The notes under the pieces are model-generated. The model was not told the origin of the DNA. It ran no database searches and worked only from the letters and a program-made list of their open reading frames with translations. Positions 48,545 to 59,094 of a DNA stretch of 64,000 nt are shown here, piece by piece. The stretch spans positions 73,814 through 137,813 of the forward strand of contig JAKUNL010000001.1 in NCBI GenBank assembly GCA_022451925.1, written 5' to 3'. The position numbers were made by a program, and so were the translations under genes. Origin of the DNA: Dehalococcoidia bacterium. Lineage in GTDB: Bacteria; Chloroflexota; Dehalococcoidia; Lucifugimonadales; UBA3495. Each line of letters opens with the position of its first letter. Position 1 is the first letter of the stretch.

Positions 48545-49840
48545 ATGCGCGTCTTACTAATTGCCACCAACCGCCACAATCGATACCAAAGTAGATTAAA
48601 TGCCCAGCCTATGCCGATAGGCCTCGCCTACATCGCCGGTCACCTGGACCACGAACGACACGAAGTCAAAGTCCTCGATCTTATGTTTTCCGACGACTAC
48701 CTAGCTGACGTGGAAGCTGCTGTTAAAGAATTCAATCCACAAATGATCGGCATGTCCGTCAGAAATCTGAGTAACCACAGTTATCTGAACACAGTCTGGG
48801 CCCTTCCCATCAGCAAAGAGGTCATCGACAAAATCCGCACATTAAGTGACGCAGTCATCGTATGCGGTGGCCCAGCATTCAGCATCATGCCAAAAGAATG
48901 CTTCGAGTATCTAAGGTGTGACATCGGTCTGGCCGGCGACGCTGGTGAGACCTTTGCCACGTTGGCTGAGAGATTAGAGATCGGGGAGCCTAGCTATTTT
49001 AACTTGCCCGGCCTGGTCTACACGAAGGGCGGTCAGACCGTCTCTAATGAAGGCTACTGCACATCGGAATTTGCCAAGCCACCCCGCTTAGAAGATCTCG
49101 ATATGGACCGGTACAACAAAGCTGGTTTCGGCATCGGAGTCCTAACAAAACTCGGCGGATTCTATTACCCAACTAACGCTTCTCAATCACAGATCAACGA
49201 GTCAGGATGGCGGGTCATCCGTCCGATAGATGAAGTGGTCGCCGAAGTCAAAGATCTTAAACGACGCTTTGGCATGAAAAAAGTATTCTTTGTCGACAAC
49301 GGGTTCAACCTGCCCCTGGATCACGCTAAGTCGCTCTGCAACACAATAATCGAATCTGACCTAAACATCCGATGGAACACATGTCTGGCGCCGTTCAACT
49401 GCGACACAGAGCTGATTGGAATGATGAAGGAAGCTGGATGCGGGTTGGTGATGATGGTCAACCGCAGCGGTAACCCAGGCGATATGGACAGTATGGTCGA
49501 AGAGAATGATGCTCTCGCGGAGGTATGCAGAATGTGCGACGAGGGCGACCTTCATTACAATTTGGGCAAGCAGTTTGGGGAGCCCGGAGAAACCCGGGAG
49601 AGCGTGGATAACAAGTTGGACTTCCTCCGCAGTGTGAATCCCGCTCTGGCCAATCTACGTGTTGGCGTCAGCATAATGCCGGGAACGGAAGTGGCGGCAA
49701 TCGCTAAGCAGGAAGGCCTGATCACAGATGAAAGCGAGTTGGTAAAACCCACTTTTTATATTGCCGGCGAGGTCAAAGACTGGATAGTTGACTACCTTAA
49801 GGAACAAAGTGCAAAAGAACCTAGGTGGAACCTCAGCTAG
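48545..49840 (+). CDS. B12-binding-domain / radical-SAM-like protein lacking the CxxxCxxC motif
   Basis: 431 aa. The N-terminal class-B layout is VLLIATN...PMPIGLAYIAGHL...IGMSV...VCGGPAFSIMP...GDAGE. Where the RGCPxxCxFC segment is expected it reads GVLTKLGGFYYPTNAS. No CxxxCxxC occurs anywhere in the protein. Confidence 0.65.
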   Translation: MRVLLIATNRHNRYQSRLNAQPMPIGLAYIAGHLDHERHEVKVLDLMFSDDYLADVEAAVKEFNPQMIGMSVRNLSNHSYLNTVWALPISKEVIDKIRTLSDAVIVCGGPAFSIMPKECFEYLRCDIGLAGDAGETFATLAERLEIGEPSYFNLPGLVYTKGGQTVSNEGYCTSEFAKPPRLEDLDMDRYNKAGFGIGVLTKLGGFYYPTNASQSQINESGWRVIRPIDEVVAEVKDLKRRFGMKKVFFVDNGFNLPLDHAKSLCNTIIESDLNIRWNTCLAPFNCDTELIGMMKEAGCGLVMMVNRSGNPGDMDSMVEENDALAEVCRMCDEGDLHYNLGKQFGEPGETRESVDNKLDFLRSVNPALANLRVGVSIMPGTEVAAIAKQEGLITDESELVKPTFYIAGEVKDWIVDYLKEQSAKEPRWNLS

Positions 49841-49868
49841 CCCGCGATTAATCAACTTAAAAGGATCC

Positions 49869-49910
49869 TTCTTTCTCGGCCGCATAGGAAGGGTCCTTTT
49901 ACAGATTTTC
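49869..49910. terminator. Bidirectional terminator between the rSAM-like gene and the MFS gene
   Basis: aaaaggatccttc-N16-gaagggtcctttt, a 13-bp stem with one mismatch and A/T runs at both ends. Confidence 0.5.
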
Positions 49911-49926
49911 GTAATGAAGACGTAGG

Positions 49927-51207
49927 TTAGTTACTGGCTTGCTCCCTAGGGGTTTGAATGTCTATCTCGGGTGCTCCTTTTCGCACAACGCCAAACCAAA
50001 CGGTCACCAACAACGTCGCTCCAGCTGCCACCGTTATCGCCGCTTCCCAACCAAATTGCCCTGCGAGCAAAGTCAACGGATATGCACCAAGGAAATGGAA
50101 CCCGGGCGTAAACTGAAGTATTCCCATAACCCTTCCCTTCATTTCAACCGGCGATTCAACCTGAACCAGGGAAGTCGCCAAAGGCCACACGGAACCTAGG
50201 CCAAACAGCCCTACCAACAAAAACAGAAACCAAGAGAGCCAAAACCAACTTGACCACGAGAACAGAGACAAAAAGATAGAGAAAAGGACTAGGTTTATTA
50301 GCAGCGACCGGTATATCCGAACGTTTCCGATAATCGGCAACAGTATGTTGCCCAGGAAAGACCCGATACCAGATGCCAGAAATAGTAGGCCCACGCCGGC
50401 TGCACCAGTTCCGAGCACATCTTTTGCCATGGCTGGAATCACTTGCTGATGGGACATGCCAAACCCACCAAAAGAACAGGTGATTACGATCGCTGTTAGA
50501 ACGATCCGGTTGCTTCTGATGTAGGCAAAACCATCGGTGAAGTTCTTGAAGACCGATACTTCTGAGGCGCGAGTGATTTGGTTAGTCTCGCCTATCCTGC
50601 CGATACAAGCCATACTTACAATATAGCAACCCGCAATAACAAAGAGACTAGTCCCGATACCCCAAAGCTCTATGACTAACCCTAGCACCGGTGGTCCGAT
50701 CATCCTGCCAGCGTGAACCGCAGCATTTTGCATAGCGACAGCGTCCAATATAGAAGCTTTCGCCACTATGTCAGAGACCATAGTCGTCCGGGCAGGCATG
50801 TTGAGGGACTGCACTATTCCTAGCACAAACGCCGCGATATAAATATTCCAGATTGCAACTGCATCAAAGAGTTCCAATATACCTAGGGTGGCAACTAGAA
50901 ATCCTACTCCAGTCTGGGTCAACATTAGGACGTGGCGGCGGTCAAACCGGTCGGCGACGATTCCCGCCACCAACAGGAACGCTACGTTTGGGACACCATA
51001 GAGGAATATCACCAAACCCAACTCAGTGGCGGAGCCGGTCACTTCCAGGACAAGCCACCCAATCACCAGGAATTGGGTGGCTTGTCCTATCGCCTGAGTA
51101 GAACTGCCCAACCAAAACCAACGGAACGCCGGCTTGCGAAGTAGTTTGAAGACACGACTCCAATAGGAATCTGAATCAAGGTCGATCGCGCCATCCATAG
51201 AGTTCAA
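49927..51207 (-). CDS. MFS transporter
   Basis: 426 aa with about 12 predicted hydrophobic helices and the DRFDRR loop motif after TM2. Confidence 0.85.
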   Translation of the reverse strand: MNSMDGAIDLDSDSYWSRVFKLLRKPAFRWFWLGSSTQAIGQATQFLVIGWLVLEVTGSATELGLVIFLYGVPNVAFLLVAGIVADRFDRRHVLMLTQTGVGFLVATLGILELFDAVAIWNIYIAAFVLGIVQSLNMPARTTMVSDIVAKASILDAVAMQNAAVHAGRMIGPPVLGLVIELWGIGTSLFVIAGCYIVSMACIGRIGETNQITRASEVSVFKNFTDGFAYIRSNRIVLTAIVITCSFGGFGMSHQQVIPAMAKDVLGTGAAGVGLLFLASGIGSFLGNILLPIIGNVRIYRSLLINLVLFSIFLSLFSWSSWFWLSWFLFLLVGLFGLGSVWPLATSLVQVESPVEMKGRVMGILQFTPGFHFLGAYPLTLLAGQFGWEAAITVAAGATLLVTVWFGVVRKGAPEIDIQTPREQASN

Positions 51208-51281
51208 ATGTAAGATCCCGATCCGTTAGACAGAGCGGATGTTCCGACATCCGACCGAGCCTGATAGGCTATGACACGCTA

Positions 51282-52244
51282 TTAGCAATTAGAAGATGTT
51301 CCCAGGTCGTGCGGCGACGCTTGAGAATTCGGGGCCGGTAGCCTTTTGGCAATAGGCTCACCCCGGTCCGCCGATATGGTTGTCTCCATTGCCTTAATAG
51401 CGACTTCAATCTGGGAATCGTCAGGTTCTCTGGTAGTCAGCTTTTGCAACCATAGTCCAGGGCCGGCAATCATTTTCCCAAACCAGGCATCCTGGTGTCT
51501 TCCACTAAACCTCAAAAATTCATAGCTAACTGCAGCGATAACTGGCAGTAAGAATATTCGAGAAGCGATACGCCATTCCAGAGGTGGCCCCATGAGCAAC
51601 GCAAATACCACCACTGAAACCACAACCACCGTTAATAGAAAAGCCGTCCCGCAGCGGGCATGTGGAGTACCAAACTTACGCACATTTTCCACAGTGAGCG
51701 ATAAATTAGCCTCTAGAGCATGCACTGTCATGTGCTCAGCGCCATGATAGGCAAACACACGCTTAACATCATTCAACCTCCCGATTATGACGATATAACT
51801 CAAAAGGAAGGCCATGCGAATCACGCCCTCAACTATCTCGCTAAGCAAATCGGAGTTCAACCAAGGGTGCAAGGACCAGGCAATCAACAGCGGGGCTATA
51901 AAGAACAACCCAATGCCAAAGGCTAGAGAGATACTCAAAGTTGTAGCCATAACCCAGGCTGGAATTCCTTTCTCCTCATCAGGATCGCGATCAATAGCGG
52001 CCATATTTGCGGAGAGTTGCAAGGTCTTAATACCTAGTAGCATGGTCTCCAGCAAGGTGAGGAATCCTCTAACCAACGGCCAACGTCGGGCACGCCCATT
52101 ATACAAAGAGCTTAAGGGTTCGTGATGGAGTTCAATTGAACCGTCTTCGCGTCTTACCGCCAAACCAAAGTAGTCGCGGCCACGAATCATAACTCCTTCG
52201 ATTACGGCTTGTCCGCCGTACATATGCATGGGCTTCTCTGCCAA
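51282..52244 (-). CDS. DUF1385-family membrane protein
   Basis: YGGQAVIEGVMIRG opening and the YHGAEHM motif. Typical neighbour of rpmE. Confidence 0.85.
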   Translation of the reverse strand: MAEKPMHMYGGQAVIEGVMIRGRDYFGLAVRREDGSIELHHEPLSSLYNGRARRWPLVRGFLTLLETMLLGIKTLQLSANMAAIDRDPDEEKGIPAWVMATTLSISLAFGIGLFFIAPLLIAWSLHPWLNSDLLSEIVEGVIRMAFLLSYIVIIGRLNDVKRVFAYHGAEHMTVHALEANLSLTVENVRKFGTPHARCGTAFLLTVVVVSVVVFALLMGPPLEWRIASRIFLLPVIAAVSYEFLRFSGRHQDAWFGKMIAGPGLWLQKLTTREPDDSQIEVAIKAMETTISADRGEPIAKRLPAPNSQASPHDLGTSSNC

Positions 52245-52324
52245 CTTATTTCCTCAATCTAGTAAGCGTCCAGCCCGCTATAAATCTAGATTCGATTTAG
52301 TGAATTAAAACTATCCTGGAAATA

Positions 52325-52356
52325 TAAAGAAAAATCGAGGGTGTATTGCCCTCGAT
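52325..52356 (-). terminator. Rho-independent terminator after rpmE
   Basis: The minus strand reads atcgaggg-caataca-ccctcgat followed by TTTTTCTTT. Confidence 0.6.
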
Positions 52357-52400
52357 TTCCTTTTCGTTTGATAATTTCTGCCAGTCTGAGAGGGTTGTAA

Positions 52401-52601
52401 TTAACTAAGACTGTAGCGACGTTTCATCCGTTCAATTCGGCCTTGAGTGTCAACTACCCGCTGTTCGCCAGTATAGAATGGGTGACATTTGCTGCACACC
52501 TCAACACGGACCGTAGGCCGAGTCCCGCCCGTTTGGAACACGTTACCGCACGAGCAGGTAACCGTCGAATTGTAAAAATAGGGATGGATTTCTTCTTTCA
52601 T
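52401..52601 (-). CDS. rpmE: 50S ribosomal protein L31 (Cys-containing type A)
   Basis: MKEEIHPYFY...CSCGN...CSKCHPFYTG. Confidence 0.92.
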   Translation of the reverse strand: MKEEIHPYFYNSTVTCSCGNVFQTGGTRPTVRVEVCSKCHPFYTGEQRVVDTQGRIERMKRRYSLS

Positions 52602-52672
52602 ATTTTATTGTTCTATATTTTTTATAGTTTAATATCAATCATTCGTCTTATTTGACGAAGATTCAAACTTGA

Positions 52673-52936
52673 TTAGGCGGCTTCCATTGGATATACACTG
52701 ACCTTACGGCGGCCTTTTGCAGCCCATTCAAACTTCACTTGTCCGTCAATCACTGCGAAGATAGTGTAATCTTTTCCCAAGCCGACGTTGGTGCCAGGTT
52801 TGATACGGGTGCCACGCTGTCTGACTATTATGGAACCGCTTTTCACGCTTTCACCACCGTATCGCTTCACGCCCAGCCTTTTAGAATTACTATCTCGGCC
52901 GTTATTTGTGCTTCCACCAGCTTTCTTATGGGCCAT
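52673..52936 (-). CDS. rpmA: 50S ribosomal protein L27
   Basis: [24 protein letters not shown]. Confidence 0.95.
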   Translation of the reverse strand: MAHKKAGGSTNNGRDSNSKRLGVKRYGGESVKSGSIIVRQRGTRIKPGTNVGLGKDYTIFAVIDGQVKFEWAAKGRRKVSVYPMEAA

Positions 52937-53319
52937 TAGTTACTCCCTTCCCCATCTGCCTGTGTCGCAGTGGGTGCAGATCTCCGCCTTGACGCACGAG
53001 GTTTAGTCAATTCTATATTCTGAATGCGCAACCTAGTGTAAGTCTGACGGTGCCCACGCTTGCGGCGGTAACGGTTCTTGGCTTTGATTTTAAAGACCAT
53101 CAGCTTACGGTCCTTGTAGTGGGAAACGACCTGAGCTGTGACCTTGGCACCTGATACTAGCGGCGCCCCAATGGTGACCTCTCCGCCGTCAGAGAGAGCT
53201 AATACTTCATCGAATTCGGCAATCGAATTTACTTCGTTGGGAATGAGTTCGACATCGAGCGTGTCTCCAGGTTGAACTCGGTACTGTTTCCCACCTGTTT
53301 TAAATACTGCGTAATCCAT
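52936..53319 (-). CDS. rplU: 50S ribosomal protein L21 with short basic C-terminal extension
   Basis: [19 protein letters not shown]. 1-nt overlap with rpmA. Confidence 0.92.
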   Translation of the reverse strand: MDYAVFKTGGKQYRVQPGDTLDVELIPNEVNSIAEFDEVLALSDGGEVTIGAPLVSGAKVTAQVVSHYKDRKLMVFKIKAKNRYRRKRGHRQTYTRLRIQNIELTKPRASRRRSAPTATQADGEGSN

Positions 53320-53337
53320 TATATTCCTCGACCTGTA

Positions 53338-53366
53338 ATACTACTTGAGCCATATTACCCTGTCAA
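53338..53366 (-). promoter_or_regulatory. Candidate sigma-70 promoter for rplU-rpmA
   Basis: Minus strand TTGACA-17 nt-TAGTAT. This implies a very short 5' UTR that still contains GAGGA. Confidence 0.4.
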
Positions 53367-53628
53367 GGAAATTCGTGCCCATTCCAGACTGGTATAATCA
53401 AGGCGGAACCCACGTATACCACCAGGGTTTAACCTTATAATAATCCACAACAATTAACTCTTATTTCCCATCTAACTTGAACCTCTCTAATCTAACCTCA
53501 ACTAAGAATACGGTTCTAACCACAGATAATGTCTGTATCCATGAGATATAATTGCCCAAACACGCGTGACCTACTGCAAACGTAACGCCCATAAACTGGC
53601 TCTTTAAAAAGCAAGCGACGGGTTAAGC

Positions 53629-55272
53629 ATGGACAAATTACTGGGACATGACCTCAAAATCGCATTTTCCTCAGCCACTGGTCGACTAGAAGAATTCCGA
53701 GACGCCATCAACTCCCTCAATGTATTTCCTGTGCCCGACGGCGACACTGGAACAAATATGCTGCTGACAATGCGTTCTGCGGTACAGGCTACAAAAGATG
53801 CTTGTCTTGAAGACCAAGACTACTCCGCATCTGAGGTTATTTCGGCCTTGGCCAACGGCGCCTTTTTCGGCGCCAGAGGGAACAGTGGGGTGATCCTCTC
53901 TCAAATTCTAAAAGGATTCTCTGATGGTCTGAGAGGCAAAGAGGTACTGACGGCAAATGAATTGAAATCTGCATTCAACCAAGCCTCTGCCGAGGCATAC
54001 AGCTCGGTTGGAAACCCAGCAGAAGGTACGATGCTATCAGTAATCCGAGCAGCGGCCGAAGGTATCCAGGGATTACAGGCCGATTTGGAAACTCTTTGGA
54101 GAACTGCTTACCAAGCAGCGCAAGATGCGCTTGAAAGAACCCCACAACAATTGCCAGTCCTCAAAGAAGCCGGCGTGGTGGATGCTGGCGGTTTGGGTGT
54201 GGTGGTGTTAATCGGTGGACTGCTTCAGTCAATCACCCGATCTGAAACAGATGGATCGAGCTGCCTGATTGGCTTGTCTCGATTTTATGGAAATGCCAAC
54301 AGAGGAGGTATAAACACTGAGTATCTTAATACCACCGTGGAAGAAGAATGGGGTTTCTGTACCCAGTTCATCATCAATCAAGCGGATGGCAGAAACCTGG
54401 ACTTAAATAGCGTTCGTACCCATTTTCAAAAAACAGCACTATCCACGGTCGTAGTAGGCACTGAGAAGAACATACGAGTCCACATCCACGTCAACGATAC
54501 AACCTCCGCCATCAAATATGCAGAGTCACTGGGATCATTATCTGATGTCAAGATCGAAGACATGGATTCTCAAAACAATGCATTTGCTTCCGATAATCAC
54601 GGACGCCCAGGCGACGGGGCTGCCCTGGCGTTACTGCCAGTGACCCAAGGAGAAGGGTTGGCCCGTCTGTTCTTAGACTCAGGTTGTGACTCAGTCATTG
54701 AAGGCGGCCAGACTATGAACCCCAGCATACAGCAGATAATGGACGCCGCCCGTGCCACCGCCGCCGACGACGTTATTTTATTGCCCAATAACGGCAACGT
54801 TATCTTGGCTGCGGAACAAATAGCGGCGTCTGATTCATCAATCCACGTGGTTCCAACCAGAAGTATCCCTCAAGGAGTGGCTGCATTGTTATCTTTCAAT
54901 CCAGAAGCGCCCTGGCAAGAAAACATTCAGTCAATGACTAACTCATTGTCCAATGTAACCTCCATAGAAGTAGCGGCCGCAGTTCGAAGCACTAAAATCG
55001 GCAAAGTGGAGGTACAAAAAGGCCAGTACATCGGGATTCTTGAGGGGGAATTAGTCATAGCTGACAACAATCCAGAGCAGGCTCTACTACTAACTTTAGG
55101 CCTAACCAATATAAACACCGACTCGATAGTCAGCATTTATTATGGAAACCACAAAACCCCAGTCGACGCCCAGTCGGTAGCATCTAAGTTGGAAAAGGAA
55201 TTTCCAGATATCCAAATCGACGTAATAGATGGTGGGCAACCTCATTTTCAATACTTAGCGTCTATTGAATAA
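53629..55272 (+). CDS. DAK2-domain fusion protein (YloV-like)
   Basis: 547 aa with NSLNVFPVPDGDTGTNM and ARGNSGVILSQ. Confidence 0.88.
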   Translation: MDKLLGHDLKIAFSSATGRLEEFRDAINSLNVFPVPDGDTGTNMLLTMRSAVQATKDACLEDQDYSASEVISALANGAFFGARGNSGVILSQILKGFSDGLRGKEVLTANELKSAFNQASAEAYSSVGNPAEGTMLSVIRAAAEGIQGLQADLETLWRTAYQAAQDALERTPQQLPVLKEAGVVDAGGLGVVVLIGGLLQSITRSETDGSSCLIGLSRFYGNANRGGINTEYLNTTVEEEWGFCTQFIINQADGRNLDLNSVRTHFQKTALSTVVVGTEKNIRVHIHVNDTTSAIKYAESLGSLSDVKIEDMDSQNNAFASDNHGRPGDGAALALLPVTQGEGLARLFLDSGCDSVIEGGQTMNPSIQQIMDAARATAADDVILLPNNGNVILAAEQIAASDSSIHVVPTRSIPQGVAALLSFNPEAPWQENIQSMTNSLSNVTSIEVAAAVRSTKIGKVEVQKGQYIGILEGELVIADNNPEQALLLTLGLTNINTDSIVSIYYGNHKTPVDAQSVASKLEKEFPDIQIDVIDGGQPHFQYLASIE

Positions 55273-55300
55273 ACCTAAAAGGCTACTGACAAAAAGGAAT

Positions 55301-56143
55301 ATGAGCGTACGTATAGTTACAGACAGTTCCGCCGACCTCCCGCGATACTTGATTGACCAACATCAAATCACTGTCCTACCATGTTACGTGGTGGTCGATG
55401 ATCAAACGCTCAAAGACGGGATAGAAATCCAACCTGATGCTTTCTATACCCGTCTCCAAGCAGAAGGTCGAACTCCTACGACAGCCCAGCCGACAGTGGC
55501 TGACTTCCAAAAGGTCTACCGTGACCTGGTAAAACAAGGTCACCAGGTAATCTCCATACATGTTTCGGCTAAATTAAGTGGAACATTAAACTCCGCCGAA
55601 CAGGCTAAAGCCTCTTTGAATGATGGTTCCCAAGTCGAAATCATTGACTCTAAGCTCGCGTCCATACCGTTGGGTTTGGTGGTCCTAGAAGCCGTTTCCA
55701 TATTGGAGAATGGAGCCGATTCTCATGAAGCTGCCGTTGAAATCCGAAAAAATCTAGACCTACACCACGGTTTGTTCTCATTGGACACCCTGGAATACCT
55801 TCAGAAAGGAGGGCGTATTGGCAAAGCACGAGCTTTCATGGGATCTATCCTAAACGTAAAACCAATACTAAGGCTCCAGGACGGAGAAGCACACCCTGTA
55901 GAACGACCCAGGAACTTACAACGCGCCACAAAGCGGTTAGTGGAACTAGTCCACGACCTTGCTCCGGTGCAAAGATTGGCGGTGATCTACAGTACCGACC
56001 CCACACGATCAGCAACGCTGAAGCAAGAATTGACTGCCCTTCTACCCGCCGAAAAAATTATCGAAACCAGATTTGGTTCCACTTTGGGCACTTACATCGG
56101 ACCACATGCCCTAGGCGTGGCAATTACCCAGGTGCGACGTTAG
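55301..56143 (+). CDS. DegV-family fatty-acid-binding protein
   Basis: MSVRIVTDSSADLP opening. Start moved to the ATG at 55301. Confidence 0.88.
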   Translation: MSVRIVTDSSADLPRYLIDQHQITVLPCYVVVDDQTLKDGIEIQPDAFYTRLQAEGRTPTTAQPTVADFQKVYRDLVKQGHQVISIHVSAKLSGTLNSAEQAKASLNDGSQVEIIDSKLASIPLGLVVLEAVSILENGADSHEAAVEIRKNLDLHHGLFSLDTLEYLQKGGRIGKARAFMGSILNVKPILRLQDGEAHPVERPRNLQRATKRLVELVHDLAPVQRLAVIYSTDPTRSATLKQELTALLPAEKIIETRFGSTLGTYIGPHALGVAITQVRR

Positions 56144-56266
56144 ATGCGGAATGGGCATGATTACATTGAATAAATGTAAACGAACCGTAGGCATACCAGG
56201 ACGATTAAATTCGTTAAACCTTACTCCCCAAATCCAGACGATTAAGCATTTTAGAGTATCCAAATA

Positions 56267-58792
56267 ATGGCCATTGACCGAACTGACTCATCCTCTTGGG
56301 CCGATAAATTCCATAACATCCTCACACTTGAGGAGACCCGAGGCTTCGACAACAAGGCCGTGGTGGGCGGTCTGGACAAGTTCGTTGCCCGTTTCTCCGA
56401 ACGGATGGCAGCCCAAGATATCAGCGACAGAGAGTTCATGCTTCAGGAGCCTTACGGCTCCATGTCAACTAAATTGAGGGCCCAGTGGGTAACCCAATGG
56501 CGTGAGGCTTTGAGTGAACTTCCTCACCCAAAGCAGAAACCCAGGCATAATACATTATCCACCAGGGCCCCAAAATCTGCTTCCAACTCAACAGCGGAGA
56601 AAATGCCTACGGGGGAAAAGCCTGCCACAAAAAAGAAACCTGCCTACAAAATGCCTCCAGTAGAAATCACTGTCGACGCCCCAGTTGACCGGCTCAAGGG
56701 CGTGGACACCAAATTGACAGCCCGTCTCGAACGACTAGAAGTCAAGACCATAAGGGACCTGCTGTACCTATTTCCACGTCGCCATGAGGACTATTCAACG
56801 GCAGTAAAAATAGCGGACTTGGAGCCCGGCAAAGAATGCACCGTAGTGGCTACTGTATGGGAGGCACGAGAGGTGGCCAAGGGCCCAAAGGGTGGCCGTC
56901 GAGATACGGAAGTTGTACTCAGTGATGACTCAGGAAACCTGCGTGCTATCTGGTTCGGCCAGAGATTCCTGGCACGAACACTGAAGCCAGGTAGCCGCAT
57001 CGCGATTAGCGGTAAAGCGTCTGTCTTCAGGGGGCAACTCGTCTTCGAAAACCCCGAGCATGAATCGTTAGACGCCACCGGAGTTAGCGTCCATACCGGC
57101 CGAGTAGTACCCATATACCCTTTAACCGAAGGCCTCACTCGACGCAATATGCGCCGGCTGACTTGGCAGGCAGTCCAAGATTGGTTAGGCGGCCTGAACG
57201 ATCCCCTTCCTAACACCATTATAAGTCGCACAAAATTGATGCCCCTTTTGGATGCGGTATACCAAGTCCACTATCCTAAGAATATGGAATCTTGGGAGTT
57301 AGCCCGCCGCAGGATAGCTTTTGACGAGTTATTCACCCTTCAGCTAGCAGTGCTGACCCGACGCAGGTTACAGCGTGACGACGTGAAAGGCATTGAACTT
57401 GTAGCTCCTGCCGACGTAATCGACGGCTTTTACAAAACCCTTCCGTTTCCATTGACTGATGCTCAGAAACGGTGCATCGATGAGATCAAGATAGATATGC
57501 GTGGTGGAACCCCTCCGATGAGTCGTCTGTTGCAAGGTGAGGTTGGCAGTGGAAAGACTGTGGTCGCCCTGTCAGCGCTTCTGTCGGCGGCCGCGGCCGG
57601 ATACCAAGGTGCCATGATGGTACCGACAGAAGTACTTGCCGAGCAGCACTTCCTAAGCATTAGCAACCTGCTGAGTGGATTGGATCGTCCGGTGCAAGAA
57701 CCTCACTTGATTACCGTTTACCTGGAGCATATGGATCGTCCCGTCTCCATCGGTCTACTTACGGGCAGCTCTCGAGCTCCTGTAAAACGGGAACTGGCCA
57801 AACGTGCCGCCGACGGTACATTAGACATTTTGATCGGAACCCAAGCGCTAATCCAAGAAGGTATCTCCATTCCGAAACTAGCACTGGCGGTAGCCGATGA
57901 ACAGCATCGTTTCGGTGTCCTGCAACGCTCCGCATTGCAGGAACGAGGCAAGGAAAATCCCCACACACTAATTATGTCTGCTACGCCGATTCCTAGAACG
58001 TTATCACTAACCGTGTTCGGCGATCTTGACATATCAACCATTAACGAAATGCCAGCTGGGCGGCAGGAAGTGGCCACGAAATGGTTGGAACCAGAACAGC
58101 GCGAAACGGCTTATGGATTCATCCGAAAACAAATCGAAGAAGGAAGACAGGCATTCGTTGTCTGCCCTTTGGTAGATGAGTCGGAGACAATAGAATCTAA
58201 AGCAGCCACAGAAGAGCACCAACGCCTCTCAGAAAGTATATATCCAGACTTGTCACTGGGGTTGCTTCACGGTCGCATGTCCCCCAAAGACAAGGACAAG
58301 GTTATGCGACAGTTCCGAGACGGCGAGTTGGACATTTTGGTAACTACGCCCGTGGTAGAAGTGGGAATCGATGTGCCAAACGCTACCGTGATGATGATTG
58401 ATGGAGCAGACCGATTTGGATTAGCCCAATTGCATCAATTCAGAGGTCGCGTTGGTCGTGGTAAGCATAAGAGCTACTGCATGCTTCTTTCCGACACGGC
58501 GTCAGAAACCGCTAAAGAACGACTTTCGGCTCTTGCCGACATACATGACGGATTCCAACTAGCTGAAGTAGATCTTAAACTGCGTGGTCCTGGTGATTTT
58601 TTTGGCACTCGTCAAAGTGGTCTGCCCAGTTTAAAAATGGCCCACATCACTGATCGTGAATTGTTAGAGATGGCCCGGTACGAGGCGACTAAATTAATGG
58701 AAAACGACCCTGAACTCAAGGCTCCTGACCACGCGGCCATCGCTGCGCAAGTAGCACGCTTCATTGACCGAGCCAGTGCCAACGTCACCTGA
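56267..58792 (+). CDS. recG: ATP-dependent DNA helicase RecG (about 130-aa N-terminal extension if the ATG at 56267 is used)
   Basis: Wedge domain, GEVGSGKT, DEQHRFG, SATPIPRT and QLHQFRGRVGRG. Confidence 0.93.
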   Translation: MAIDRTDSSSWADKFHNILTLEETRGFDNKAVVGGLDKFVARFSERMAAQDISDREFMLQEPYGSMSTKLRAQWVTQWREALSELPHPKQKPRHNTLSTRAPKSASNSTAEKMPTGEKPATKKKPAYKMPPVEITVDAPVDRLKGVDTKLTARLERLEVKTIRDLLYLFPRRHEDYSTAVKIADLEPGKECTVVATVWEAREVAKGPKGGRRDTEVVLSDDSGNLRAIWFGQRFLARTLKPGSRIAISGKASVFRGQLVFENPEHESLDATGVSVHTGRVVPIYPLTEGLTRRNMRRLTWQAVQDWLGGLNDPLPNTIISRTKLMPLLDAVYQVHYPKNMESWELARRRIAFDELFTLQLAVLTRRRLQRDDVKGIELVAPADVIDGFYKTLPFPLTDAQKRCIDEIKIDMRGGTPPMSRLLQGEVGSGKTVVALSALLSAAAAGYQGAMMVPTEVLAEQHFLSISNLLSGLDRPVQEPHLITVYLEHMDRPVSIGLLTGSSRAPVKRELAKRAADGTLDILIGTQALIQEGISIPKLALAVADEQHRFGVLQRSALQERGKENPHTLIMSATPIPRTLSLTVFGDLDISTINEMPAGRQEVATKWLEPEQRETAYGFIRKQIEEGRQAFVVCPLVDESETIESKAATEEHQRLSESIYPDLSLGLLHGRMSPKDKDKVMRQFRDGELDILVTTPVVEVGIDVPNATVMMIDGADRFGLAQLHQFRGRVGRGKHKSYCMLLSDTASETAKERLSALADIHDGFQLAEVDLKLRGPGDFFGTRQSGLPSLKMAHITDRELLEMARYEATKLMENDPELKAPDHAAIAAQVARFIDRASANVT

Positions 58793-59094
58793 TCAATGCA
58801 CGGTTTTTCGTTCCCTTCGCATTCATTCGTCGACCTACACTTCTCGCCCAGCAGTAGCTAACGATCAGATATCAGCATACCGTATGAGTGTTACATGTAT
58901 GACATCAGATTAATTAAACTTAGTAGACCGTTCACCCTCGACGATATAATGCAGAACCTTCGACCGGTCAAGTAATCTCTTCAAAAACTTGGGCCTCGTG
59001 TTGGACGACAGACTCATTCCTGAAAAATCCCCGCAGGATTGCTAGCTGTCTTGAACAGTTTTCCCATCCGTAGGACACATGCTCCGGTCAGGTC

